Origin: Phycisphaerae bacterium
Lineage (GTDB): Bacteria > Planctomycetota > Phycisphaerae > UBA1845 > Fen-1342
DNA: 64,000 bases
Reading direction: 5' to 3'
Assembly (NCBI GenBank): GCA_050115495.1
Contig: JASFQK010000013.1
Location: forward strand, 64,001 to 128,000
Shown here: piece by piece, positions 49,579 to 60,200 of the stretch
How positions within the stretch are numbered: the first letter of the stretch is position 1
Layout of the letters: each line of letters begins with the position of its first letter
Translations under genes and position numbers: made by a program
The notes under the pieces: generated by a model
Told to the model about the DNA's origin: nothing
Seen by the model: only the letters and a program-made list of their open reading frames with translations
The model's database searches: none

Positions 49579-51636
49579 ATGTCGCAAGAGCCGACGAGGA
49601 TCAGCCGCAGACGTTTCATGGAGTTGGCCGGGGCCACGAGTCTGGCCTCGATGGTCCTGTTCTCGGAAGGTTGCAGCAGCCGGACGAAGCCGCGCGGCCG
49701 GGCCAATGGCAAACGCGTGATCGTGCTCGGTATCGACGGCGTCGATCCGCTGTTGTGCGAGCGGCTCATGGACGCCGGTCGCATGCCCAACTTCCAGCGG
49801 CTGCGGGCGGCGGGGGGCTACCGGCGGCTGGGGACGAGCATTCCGCCACAGAGCCCGGTGGCCTGGGCCAACTTCATCACCGGGGCGAATCCCGGCGCGC
49901 ACGGCATCTTCGACTTCATCCACCGCGACCCGACGCAACAGTGCGTGCCGTACTTCGCCGCCGCCCAGACCACGGAGAGCGAGGACGGCTGGGAAGTCGG
50001 TGAGCATAAGATCCCGCTGACGTTCTGGCCCTTCAACCACGCGGCGGGCGGAACGAATCTGCGACGCGAAGGAACGGCGTTCTGGGACTACCTCGACGAA
50101 GCCGGCATCCCGGCGTGGATCTACGACATCCCGTCGAACTACCCACCGAGCCCGTCGCGCTACGGTAACCAGTTCAGCTTGGCCGGCATGGGTACGCCGG
50201 ACCTGTTCGGCAGCTACGGCACCTATCAACACTTCTCGACGAAACACCTGCGGACGCGGCAGGACGGCGGGGGCATGCGTTGCCCGCTGCGCTTCGTGGA
50301 CGATGTGGCCACGGGCAAGCTGGTCGGGCCGCAGAACACGATGCTGAAGAAGCCGGTGGACACGGAGATCGAGTTCCAGATCTACCGCCACCCGAAAGAG
50401 CAGGTGGCCCGCATCGAGCTTCAGGGACGGACGATCGTGCTGCGGGCGGGCGAGTGGAGCGGCTGGGAGCGGCTCTCGTTCCCGCTCGAGATGCCCAGGT
50501 TCCTGCCCAACGAGCACGTGCCCGCCATCTGCCGCTTCTACCTTCAGGAAGTGCACCCCAACTTCCGCCTCTACGTCTCGCCACTGAACATCGATCCGGC
50601 CGATCCTGGCGACCAGCGCATCAGCACGCCGAAGGACTTCGTGGAGAACATTGCCGACGAGCTTGGTCCGTTCTACACCACCGGCTTCCAGGAAGACCAC
50701 AAGGCCCTGTCCAACGGCGTGTTCACCGACGACGAGTACCGCACGCAGGCCGACTACGTGCTGAAAGAGCGACTGAACCTACTCGACTACGCCCTGCGGC
50801 ACTACGAGGACGGGTTCCTGTTCTTCTACATCTCCAGCACCGACCTGCAAGCGCATATGTTCTGGTGGGACACCGACGAGAAGCACCCGATCCGCGACAC
50901 GGAGGCGGCCCGCAAGGGCCAGGCCGTCATCGAGGACCTGTACGCCCGGATGGACGGCCTGCTGGGCGACATGCAGAAGCGCTACCCGGACGCCACGCTC
51001 ATGGTCGTATCGGACCACGGCTTCTGCCACTTCCGCCGACAGTTCAACCTGAACACCTGGCTGCGGGATGAGGGCTACATCGGGCCGTCGAACTGCGACT
51101 CGCTCTTCGCCTCGCGGCGGGGCTGGGACGTCGACTGGAACCGCACGAGGGCCTACGGCCTCGGCCTCAACGGGTTATACTTGAACCTGCGCGGGCGCGA
51201 GCGCTACGGCATCGTGGAGGAATCCGAGCGCGACGCCCTGCTCGAAGAGATCCGCACGAAGTTGCTCGCCGTGCGCGACCCGGAGAACGGGGAGCTGGCG
51301 ATCGCCAACGTGTACCGTGCCGGCCAGGTGTACAGCGGCGACTTCGTCGGCCGGGCGCCGGACCTCATCATCGGCTACGCCCGCGGCTATCGTTACGCGT
51401 GGGCGACGGCCCTCGGCTCGATGAGCAGAGAGGTATTCAGCGACAACGACATGGCCTGGAGCGCCGACCACTGCATGGCTGCCGAGCAGCTTCCCGGCGT
51501 GGTGTTCAGCTCCAAGCCGATCCACCACGACCAGCCGGCCCTGACCGACATGGGCCCGACGATCCTGGAGGAGTTCGGCGTTACGCCGCCGAAGACCATG
51601 ACCGGTCGCAGCATTCTGCGACCGCCGACTGCGTAG
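49579..51636 (+). CDS. Alkaline phosphatase superfamily protein, Tat-exported (possible lipoprotein)
   Basis: SRRRFM Tat motif; VLGIDG, PQSPVAWANF, SDHGF, SADH. Confidence 0.9.
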   Translation: MSQEPTRISRRRFMELAGATSLASMVLFSEGCSSRTKPRGRANGKRVIVLGIDGVDPLLCERLMDAGRMPNFQRLRAAGGYRRLGTSIPPQSPVAWANFITGANPGAHGIFDFIHRDPTQQCVPYFAAAQTTESEDGWEVGEHKIPLTFWPFNHAAGGTNLRREGTAFWDYLDEAGIPAWIYDIPSNYPPSPSRYGNQFSLAGMGTPDLFGSYGTYQHFSTKHLRTRQDGGGMRCPLRFVDDVATGKLVGPQNTMLKKPVDTEIEFQIYRHPKEQVARIELQGRTIVLRAGEWSGWERLSFPLEMPRFLPNEHVPAICRFYLQEVHPNFRLYVSPLNIDPADPGDQRISTPKDFVENIADELGPFYTTGFQEDHKALSNGVFTDDEYRTQADYVLKERLNLLDYALRHYEDGFLFFYISSTDLQAHMFWWDTDEKHPIRDTEAARKGQAVIEDLYARMDGLLGDMQKRYPDATLMVVSDHGFCHFRRQFNLNTWLRDEGYIGPSNCDSLFASRRGWDVDWNRTRAYGLGLNGLYLNLRGRERYGIVEESERDALLEEIRTKLLAVRDPENGELAIANVYRAGQVYSGDFVGRAPDLIIGYARGYRYAWATALGSMSREVFSDNDMAWSADHCMAAEQLPGVVFSSKPIHHDQPALTDMGPTILEEFGVTPPKTMTGRSILRPPTA

Positions 51637-51665
51637 ACGGGTGCGATGAGGAAGGAGTAACACGG

Positions 51666-51848
51666 GTGCCGAAGATCAAGATCGACGCCAACCTGTACGA
51701 GCGGATCAAGAAGGTCGCCAAGCTGGCGGGATACTCCTCGCCGGACGAGTTCATCATCCACGTCATCGAGAAGGAGCTCGGCGCGCTCGAGTCGGAGAAC
51801 GACCAGGAGGTTGTCGATCGCCTCCGCGGGCTGGGCTACCTGGAGTAG
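51666..51848 (+). CDS. Small RHH/CopG-like protein ending in RLRGLGYLE
   Basis: AAGGAG RBS + GTG; MPKIKIDANLYERIKKVAKLAGYSSPDEFI. Confidence 0.8.
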   Translation: MPKIKIDANLYERIKKVAKLAGYSSPDEFIIHVIEKELGALESENDQEVVDRLRGLGYLE

Positions 51849-51907
51849 CCTCTCGCACCGATGCGGGACGGGCTTCTCGTGGTTGAGGTCGACCGGGGAT
51901 CCGCCGG

Positions 51908-52852
51908 ATGAACTTCATTAACCAGGTGTTGCTGACCGGCGGTGCCGCCGCGTTGTGGCTGTGGGCGGTCATCTGCAAGTTCTTCTCGGCGCTCGGCGGC
52001 TGGCTGGACGCCATTCTCAACCCCGTCCTCTCGCCGCTGCTGGCGGTGCTGAACCCGATTTGTACGTCCATCGCCGACGCGTTGTACGCCGTCCTCGATG
52101 TGCTGCCCGTCTGGCTCGGGCTGACGATCCTCTCCGCGGTGACCGGCGTCGTGATGCTGGTGGCCTTCCGCTACGTCTCCAACCAGCGGGCGATCGGCCA
52201 GGCCCGCGACCAGATCACCGCGAACCTGCTCGCCCTGAAGCTGTTCAAGGACGAGGTCCGCGTCGCCTTCACGTCGCAGTGGCGTCTGCTGAAGGCCTTG
52301 CTGCGGCTCCAGGTGCATATGCTCCTGCCGATCCTGATCATGATTCTGCCGCTGCTGCTCGGCCTGGCTCAGATGGGCCTGCGCTACCAGTGGCGGCCGC
52401 TGCATCCCGGTGAGGAGACGGTGCTCACCGTCCGCCTGCAGCCCGACCACGCACACGAGACCGACGCCGTCCTGCAACCCAACCCGGGCGTCGCCGACGC
52501 CATCGGGCCCGTTCCCGGCGGCGGAATCCTCGTCTGGCGCCTGAAGACCGGCGAACCCGGCCAGCACACCTTGCACATCACCGTCGCCGGCAAGGACGTC
52601 GAGAAACTGCTCGTCGTCGGCGACGGCCCCGCCCGCGTCAGCGCCGAGCGACCCGATCGCCACTGGACCGCCCAGTTGTTCCACCCGGTCGAGTCGCCCC
52701 TGTCGGCGGACAGCCCGGTGGCCGCCATCGAATTGGAGCATCCTGGCGTCGATTCGTGGATCTATGGCGCCAACTGGTGGGTTCTGTACTTCTTCATCGT
52801 ATCGATGGCCGCCGCCTTGCTGCTCAAACCCGTCTTCAAGGTCCGCTTCTAA
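51908..52852 (+). CDS. Membrane protein (DUF106/EMC3-like N-terminus, inferred)
   Basis: TM-coiled coil-TM, soluble domain, then C-terminal W..YF TM helix. Confidence 0.7.
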   Translation: MNFINQVLLTGGAAALWLWAVICKFFSALGGWLDAILNPVLSPLLAVLNPICTSIADALYAVLDVLPVWLGLTILSAVTGVVMLVAFRYVSNQRAIGQARDQITANLLALKLFKDEVRVAFTSQWRLLKALLRLQVHMLLPILIMILPLLLGLAQMGLRYQWRPLHPGEETVLTVRLQPDHAHETDAVLQPNPGVADAIGPVPGGGILVWRLKTGEPGQHTLHITVAGKDVEKLLVVGDGPARVSAERPDRHWTAQLFHPVESPLSADSPVAAIELEHPGVDSWIYGANWWVLYFFIVSMAAALLLKPVFKVRF

Positions 52853-53008
52853 TACCCGATCCGGGGTGGCTGGGGGCTCAGGATTACCGGGCTATAACGC
52901 CGGTGACGGAGAGTCCTTGTTCAGCCGAGCCGGATTCGCGACAATGCGGATAGCCACGGGGGAAGACGAAGCTAGCCATCCGTGTAAGGCTGGCCGAACG
53001 GTATTGGT

Positions 53009-53575
53009 ATGGGCGAACGTACGGACATCACGCAGATCCTGCGGCGAGCCAGCGAAGGCCACGAGTCGGCCGTGCAGCGCCTGCTGCCGCTGGTCTACGA
53101 AGAGCTGCGGGCCCTGGCCCAGAGCTACCTGAGCCAGGAGCGCCCGGACCACACGCTCCAGGCCACGGCCCTCGTGCACGAAGCCTACGTCCGCCTGATC
53201 CGCCAGGAAGACGTCGAATGGCGCGATCGCGCCCACTTCTTCGCCGTCGCCGCCCAGGCGATCCGCCGGATTCTCGTCGATCACGCCCGTGCCCGGCAGC
53301 GGGTGAAGCGCGGCGGCGGCCGTGAACGCGTGCAGCTCGAGACGGACATCGTCCAGGTTCCCCAGGCGAGAGTCGACGTCCTGGCCGTGGACGAGGCCCT
53401 CGAAAAGCTCGCCGCCATCCACGAACGCCAGGCGCGCATCGTCGAGCTGCGTTTCTTCGGCGGGCTGAACCTCAAGGAAGTGGCTGAGTATCTCGGCGTG
53501 TCGCCGCGCACTGTCGACGGCGACTGGAGCATGGCCCGGGCCTGGCTGCGGCGGGAGTTGCAGGAGGCAGGCTGA
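53009..53575 (+). CDS. ECF sigma factor, TIGR02999-like
   Basis: LLPLVYEELR, HTLQATALVHEAY, VELRFFGGL, DW..ARAWL. Confidence 0.93.
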   Translation: MGERTDITQILRRASEGHESAVQRLLPLVYEELRALAQSYLSQERPDHTLQATALVHEAYVRLIRQEDVEWRDRAHFFAVAAQAIRRILVDHARARQRVKRGGGRERVQLETDIVQVPQARVDVLAVDEALEKLAAIHERQARIVELRFFGGLNLKEVAEYLGVSPRTVDGDWSMARAWLRRELQEAG

Positions 53576-53577
53576 GC

Positions 53578-56133
53578 ATGACGCCAGCCGAGTACGAGCG
53601 CGTACGCGAGTTGTTCCTGGCGGCGCGCGAATTGCCCCCGGACGAGCGTGCGGCGCACCTGGCCGAAACGTGCGGCGACGAGACCACCCGGGCAGAAGTG
53701 GCGGCCCTGCTGGCGGCGGACGCCGAAGATGGTTTCCTCGAATCGCCGGCCCTGGGGGCGATCCTCGACGGTGTCGGTCCCGAGACCCGCGAAAGTGCCC
53801 GCGCCGCGGCGGCAGCCCGGCGGGAGTCTCTCTCCCCAGGCCAGCATCCCGAACGCATCGGCCAGTACCGTATCCTCGACATCCTCGGCGAGGGGGGCAT
53901 GGGCGTCGTCTACCGCGCCGAGCAGGACCGCCCCCGGCGCATCGTTGCCCTGAAAGTCATCAAGCCGGGGGTCGAGTCCCGCGAGACGCTCCGCCGGTTC
54001 GAATACGAAGGACAGGTGCTCGGCTGGTTGCAGCACCCGGGCATCGCTCAGGTTTACGAGGCCGGAACCGCCGATACCGGGCAGGGGCCGCAACCATTCT
54101 TCGCGCTCGAATTGGTGCACGGCGAGGGGCTGACCGACTACGCCCACAAGCACCGCCTGGGCATCCGCGGGCGGCTCGAGCTGCTGGCCAAAGTCTGCGA
54201 CGCCGTGCACCACGCCCACCAGAAAGGCGTCATCCACCGCGATCTGAAGCCGGGCAACATCCTCGTCGACAACCGCGACCAGCCGAAAATCCTCGATTTC
54301 GGCGTGGCCCGGGCGACGGACGCCGACCTGCGGCCCACGACGCTCGAAACATCCGTCGGCCAACTGCTCGGCACCGTGCGCTACATGAGCCCGGAGCAGG
54401 TGGCCGGTGCCTCGCGCGAGCTCGACACGCGCTCCGACGTCTACGCCCTCGGCGTCATCGCCTACGAGCTGCTGACCGGCCGCCCACCCGTGGACATCTC
54501 CGGCAAGACGCTCCCGCAGGCGCTGCGGGCCGTGAGCGAGGAAGATGCGCCCCCGCTCGGTGCCGTGAACCGTGCCTTGCGCGGCGACGTGGCCACGATC
54601 GTCGCCAAGGCGCTGGAGAAGGACAAGACGCGACGCTACCAGTCAGCGTCGGACCTCGCCGCCGATATCCGCCATTACCTCGCCGATCAGCCGATCATGG
54701 CCCGGCCGGCGACGTCGTTCTACCAGTTGCGGAAGTTCGCCCGGCGGAACCGGCCACTGGTCATCGCTGGCACCGTGGCGTTTGTCGCGCTGTGCTGGGG
54801 GCTGGTGCAGGTGACCTGGGAGCGGAACCGCGCCGTGGCGGCGGAGTTGCTGGCCCGCGAGCGGGCGGAGCGGGCGCAGGCCGAAGCCGACAAGGCCCTC
54901 GCCGTGAACCAGTTCTTCAATCGGCTGCTGACGCTGGCCGACCCGACGCAGGACGGGCGCGACGTGCGCGTCGTGGACCTGCTCCAGCGAGCCGCCGACA
55001 GCGTTACCGCCGAGCTGCCGGGCCAGCCGGAGGTCGAGGCCGCCGTCCAGAACTCGGTGGGGACGGCGTATCTCAATCTCGGGCTATACGCCGAGGCCGT
55101 GCCGTTCCTCCAGGCGTCGCTGGATACGCGAGCCGCCGTGCTCGGCGAGGATGCCCCCGACACGCTCGTGTGCATGACCAATCTCGCCGCGGCGTATGAC
55201 AAGCTCGCCCGCTGGGCCGAGGCGGAGGCCCTGGTTCGGCGGACGTTGGAAGTGCGTCGCCGGCAGTTGGGCCCGGAGAACGTGCGCACACTCGAATCGA
55301 TGAAGAACCTGGGCGGCGTTCTCCAGAAGCAGGGTAAGTTCGACGAGGCCGAAGCCCTCTGGAGTGACGCCCTGGCGATCGCCCGCCGCGTGTTGCCCGA
55401 GGATCACTGCACGCGGCTGACCATCATGAACAACCTGGGGCAGTTGCTCAAACAGCGCGGCCGGCCGGCGGAGGCCGAGCCGCTGTTACGCGACAGCCTC
55501 GCCCTGCTGCGCAAGAGCGTCGGCGAGGACAGTCAGGTCACGCTCACCTGCGCCAGCAACCTGGCCGGCACGCTCTCCGCCCAGGGCAGGTTCGCCGAGG
55601 CCGAGCCGCTGTTGCGGCACGTGCTCGCCGTTCGGCGGAGCGCGCTCGGCGAACACCCCACCGTCTACGCCGCCGTCAGCAACCTGGCGATGTTGCTCCG
55701 CGACAAGGGCGATCTGGTCGAGGCCGAACGTCTCGCGCAGGAAGCCCTGACCGGCTTTCGCCAGATCGTCGGGCCGGAGAACCGCCAGACGTTCGTCGCC
55801 TGGAACAACCTGGCCTCGCTGATGGTCGAGCGGGGGCGGGCGGCCGAGGCGGCGGACGAGTACACCGGACTGCTCGAAGTTGCCGCCCGCGTGCTGCCCC
55901 CCGAGCACTACATGGTGCGCGTGTTCCGCAGCGGTTACGGTGAGTGCCTGACCGCACTGCAACGCTACGAAGAGGCCGAGGCCCTCCTGTTGCCGGTCTA
56001 CGAAGGACTGTCCACCGACGTGGGCGCCAGACATCAGCACACCCAGCGGACCGTGGAGCGCATCGTCGCCCTGTACGAAGCCTGGGGCCGGCCCGAGCAG
56101 GCGGCGACTTGGCGTGCCCGGCTCAACGAATAG
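53578..56133 (+). CDS. Ser/Thr protein kinase with TM helix and TPR repeats
   Basis: GEGGMGVVY, VALK, HRDLKPGN, DFG, YMSPE; kinesin-light-chain-type TPRs. Confidence 0.95.
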   Translation: MTPAEYERVRELFLAARELPPDERAAHLAETCGDETTRAEVAALLAADAEDGFLESPALGAILDGVGPETRESARAAAAARRESLSPGQHPERIGQYRILDILGEGGMGVVYRAEQDRPRRIVALKVIKPGVESRETLRRFEYEGQVLGWLQHPGIAQVYEAGTADTGQGPQPFFALELVHGEGLTDYAHKHRLGIRGRLELLAKVCDAVHHAHQKGVIHRDLKPGNILVDNRDQPKILDFGVARATDADLRPTTLETSVGQLLGTVRYMSPEQVAGASRELDTRSDVYALGVIAYELLTGRPPVDISGKTLPQALRAVSEEDAPPLGAVNRALRGDVATIVAKALEKDKTRRYQSASDLAADIRHYLADQPIMARPATSFYQLRKFARRNRPLVIAGTVAFVALCWGLVQVTWERNRAVAAELLARERAERAQAEADKALAVNQFFNRLLTLADPTQDGRDVRVVDLLQRAADSVTAELPGQPEVEAAVQNSVGTAYLNLGLYAEAVPFLQASLDTRAAVLGEDAPDTLVCMTNLAAAYDKLARWAEAEALVRRTLEVRRRQLGPENVRTLESMKNLGGVLQKQGKFDEAEALWSDALAIARRVLPEDHCTRLTIMNNLGQLLKQRGRPAEAEPLLRDSLALLRKSVGEDSQVTLTCASNLAGTLSAQGRFAEAEPLLRHVLAVRRSALGEHPTVYAAVSNLAMLLRDKGDLVEAERLAQEALTGFRQIVGPENRQTFVAWNNLASLMVERGRAAEAADEYTGLLEVAARVLPPEHYMVRVFRSGYGECLTALQRYEEAEALLLPVYEGLSTDVGARHQHTQRTVERIVALYEAWGRPEQAATWRARLNE

Positions 56134-56164
56134 CCCTCCGAGATCGCGTTCCACGAGGAGAACC

Positions 56165-57094
56165 ATGTCCCGAGTCAGTTGGCAGTACGTCTACGGTCCC
56201 GTGCCCTCGCGGCGTCTGGGCCGTTCACTCGGCATCGACCTCGTACCGCCCAAGACCTGCACGTTCGATTGCGTGTACTGCCAGTTGGGCCGCACGACCT
56301 GCCGGACGTTGCATCGTGACGTCTATCATCCGGTCGAACCGATGTTGGTCGAACTCGGCGAGGCGCTCGCGGCGAACGCGGCGCCCGATTACATCACCCT
56401 CGCCGGCTCCGGCGAGCCGACGCTGCACAGCCAGTTGGCGGACATCGTCGCCGGCGTGCGCAAGCGCACCACCGTGCCCGTCGTTGTGCTGACGAACGGC
56501 TCGCTGTTGTGGGACGAGGACGTGCGGCGGGCGTGTGCCCAGGCAGACGCAGTCCTGCCGACGCTCGCCGCCCATGACGAGGCGACGTTCCAGCGCGTCC
56601 ACCGTCCGGCCGCGGGGCTCAGTCTTGCCCGGCACATCGACGGTTTGCTCGCCTTCACCCGGGAATCGAACACACCGCTGTGGCTCGAGCTGTTCCTGCT
56701 CGCCGGCATCAACGACAGCCCGGACGACCTCGAAGCCTTCGCCGGCCTGATCGAGCGGATCCGCCCCGAGCGCGTGCATCTGAACACCGCCGTCCGGCCG
56801 ACGAGCGACCGCGACATCCGCCCCGTCTCCGCCGAGACGCTGGCGGCCTGGGCGGAACGCCTGGGCCCGGCGGCGGAGGTGATCGTCGAGCTGGCCCGCG
56901 AGACCGGGCCTGATGCGGACGCGGCTGAGGCGGACGTGTTGGCCCTGTGTCGCCGCCGGCCGTGCACGATCGAGCACATCGCCACCGGCCTCGGCGTCCA
57001 TCCGAACGTGGTCATCAAGCACGTGGGCCACCTGCGCGAGCAGGGGCGGCTGCGGTCGGAGTGGCGCGACGGCCGCGAGTTTTTCGTGGCGTGA
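56165..57094 (+). CDS. Radical SAM protein (COG0731-like) with C-terminal HTH
   Basis: YGPVPSRRLGRSLG, CTFDCVYC, GSGEPTL, VLTNGSLL. Confidence 0.9.
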   Translation: MSRVSWQYVYGPVPSRRLGRSLGIDLVPPKTCTFDCVYCQLGRTTCRTLHRDVYHPVEPMLVELGEALAANAAPDYITLAGSGEPTLHSQLADIVAGVRKRTTVPVVVLTNGSLLWDEDVRRACAQADAVLPTLAAHDEATFQRVHRPAAGLSLARHIDGLLAFTRESNTPLWLELFLLAGINDSPDDLEAFAGLIERIRPERVHLNTAVRPTSDRDIRPVSAETLAAWAERLGPAAEVIVELARETGPDADAAEADVLALCRRRPCTIEHIATGLGVHPNVVIKHVGHLREQGRLRSEWRDGREFFVA

Positions 57095-57238
57095 CCGCCC
57101 CGGAAGCCGCCACCGCGAGCGGGCTGGCCGCCGGGGCGGTAGATTGCCGATGTTGTATATAGGGGATGCCGCGCGCGGCCCGAAGACGGTCGCCGTGCCC
57201 CCGGGACGTGACCGCGCGTTCGTCACAGGAGCCTGAGG

Positions 57239-60200
57239 ATGCCCTCGTTGGCGCTTAACCGTGTGAAACTCGGCTTGGCCTTGCTCGGTTTGCTTGGCGG
57301 TCTCTGCCAGGCGGCGACCGCGGCCGAGCCGAATGGAATCTCGCCGGCCCTGCCCGATCGTTGGGTCGACACCTTCCACTGGCGCTGTATCGGGCCGGCG
57401 AACATGGGTGGCCGCATCTCCGCCCTTGCCGTCTACGAGGCCGACTCCACGTGCTGGTGGGCGGCCACCGCTTCCGGCGGTTTGCTGAAGACCATCAACA
57501 ACGGCATCACCTTCGAGCACCAGTTCGACCGCGAAGCCACCGTCTCCATCGGCGACGTGGCCGTGGCTCAGTCGAACCGCGACATCGTCTGGGTCGGCAC
57601 CGGCGAGAATAACCCGCGCAACAGCGTTTCTTGGGGCGACGGCGTCTACAAGTCCGTCGACGGCGGCCGGACGTGGCAGAACATGGGCCTGCGCGAGAGC
57701 TTCCAGATCGGCCGCATCGCCATTCATCCCACGAACCCCGACATCGTGTACATCGGCGCCCTCGGCCGACTCTGGGGCCCGAACGAGCAGCGCGGCCTTT
57801 TCAAGACCACCGACGGCGGCCGCACCTGGCAGAACGTGCTGTACATCGACGATCGCACCGGCGTCATCGACGTCGCCATGCACCCGACCGACCCGCAGAC
57901 ACTCATCGTCGCCACCTACGAGCGGCAGCGCGACGGCTTCGATTCCAACGATCCGGCGAAGAAATTCGGCCCCGGCAGCGGCCTGTACAAGACGACCGAC
58001 GGCGGCGCCACCTGGTACAAGCTCACCCGCGGCCTGCCCACTTGCCACCTGGGCCGCATCGGCATTGACTACTACCGCGCCGACCCGAACATCGTCTACG
58101 TCGTGCTCGAATCCGCCCGCATCGGCCACGTGCCGCCGAATGCCGCCTACGCCGGCTTCCGTGGCGAAGACGTCGAAGTTGGCGCCCGCTTGGTCGAGAT
58201 CGTCGACGACGGGCCGGCGGCCCAGGCCGGCCTGCAAACGGGCGACGTCGTCACCCGCCTCGACGACGTCGGCATCAACTCCTACGGCGATCTGCTGCGC
58301 GAGGTCCGCCGGCACGCCGCGGGCAACACGGTCTCCGTCGAGGTCTCGCGCGAGCGGAAGAGCGTCCCGGTCGAGCTGACCTTCGGCAAGCGGTCGGGGC
58401 GCGAGGACGAACGCTCGCCCTTCGACGCCGGCCTCGGCGGCCAGGAGGCCAACCTCCAGGACCAGCAGGGCGGCGAAGGCTACGAGTACGGCGGCGTGTA
58501 CCGCTCGATCGACGGCGGCGAATCGTGGCAGCGGATCAACAGCGTCAATCCCCGCCCGATGTACTTCAGCCAGGTCCGCGTCGACCCGCGCGACAACAAC
58601 TACATCTGGGTGCTGGGCATGGCCCTGCACCGCTCCGTCGACGGCGGCAAGACCTTCACCAACGACGGTGCCCGCGAAGCGCACGTCGACCACCACGCCA
58701 TGTGGATCGACCCGCAGAACGGCCGCCACCTCATCCTCGGCAACGACGGCGGCGTGTACGTCAGCTACGACCGCGGCGACCGCTGGGACTACCACAATCA
58801 CATGGCCATCGGGCAGTATTACCACGTGACCGTCAGTCCACGCCGCGACTACCGTGTCTACGGCGGCCTCCAGGACAACGGCACCTGGGGCGGCCCGTCG
58901 CGCAGCCGCTCCGGGCCCGGCCCCGTTAACGCGGACTGGACGCTCCTCGGCTGGGGCGATGGCTTTGTCTGCTGCGTCGACCGCGACCAGCCCGACCTCG
59001 TCTACTTCGAAAGCCAGAACGGCTGGATGGGTCGCTACGACTACGCCACGGCCGAGCGCGGCTGGATCCGGCCGGAAGGGGGGCGCGGCAACCTCTACCG
59101 CTTCAACTGGAAGACGCCGTATCTCCTCTCGCATCACAACCCGCGGCTCTTCTACGTCGCCGCCAACTACGTCTTCCGCTCCCTCGACCGCGGCGAGAAG
59201 CTGAAGCGGATCTCCCCCGAGATCACGCGCACTAGCGAGGGCAGCGCCACCGCCCTAGCCGAATCGCCGCTGGACGAGGGCCTGCTCTACGTCGGCACCG
59301 ACGACGGTCTGCTGTGGGTGACTCGTGACGGCGGCCACACCTGGCACAAGGTCACCGACTTCCCCACGCAGACGCGCGCGTGGAGCCGCGTGAAGGACTT
59401 CGCCGGCAAGATCTGGACGCAAATGGCCGCCACGGCGACAGCGCCCGCCGAAACGCAACCGGCGACCGAACCCGTCACGCAGCCGACCACGCGGCCCATG
59501 TCACAGCCGACCAGCGCCCCGGCCACTCGCCCGGCGACGCCAACGTCTGCACCCGCCGGCGACGAACCCCGCCGACTGGTCGACCTGCTGCCCGGCCCGC
59601 GCTTCATCAGCGCCGTCGAACCGTCGCGCTTCGAGCCCGGCCGCGTCTACCTCACGCTCGACGCCCACCGCAGCAACGATGACGAGCTGTACGTGTTCGT
59701 CTCCGAGGACCACGGGCAGACCTGGCGCTCGCTACGGGCGAACCTGCCGACCGCCGCCGGCTCCACCCGGGTTATTCGTGAGGACCTCTACAACCCCGAC
59801 CTGCTCTACCTCGGCACCGAGTTCGGCGCGTGGGTCAGCATCGACCGCGGCGGCAGTTGGACGCGTCTGCGCGGCAACCTGCCGACCGTCGCCGTGCACG
59901 AGTTCGCCATTCACCCCACCGCCGGCGAGATCGTGATCGCCACCCACGGCCGCAGTCTGTGGGCGCTGGACGTGACCGCACTGCGGCAGATGACCCCCGA
60001 CGTCGTCCGCCAGCCCGCCTTCCTCTACGAGCCCAACCACGCCATCTACTGGCGGGAGGACCTGCCTCGTGGCGCTGGCACCGCCCGCTACTTCTACGGC
60101 GAGAATCCGCCGGCGGGAGCGCAGGTCTACTACTCGCTGACCGAGAAGCCGGACAGGATCCATCTGAAAATTACCGACCTGGCGGGCGAGGTTCTGTGCG

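Noticed and set aside
43340..59137. Very long antisense ORFs (43340-47266, 47659-50700, 56225-59137)
   Set aside because: Shadow frames of real genes in high-GC DNA, with no motifs of their own
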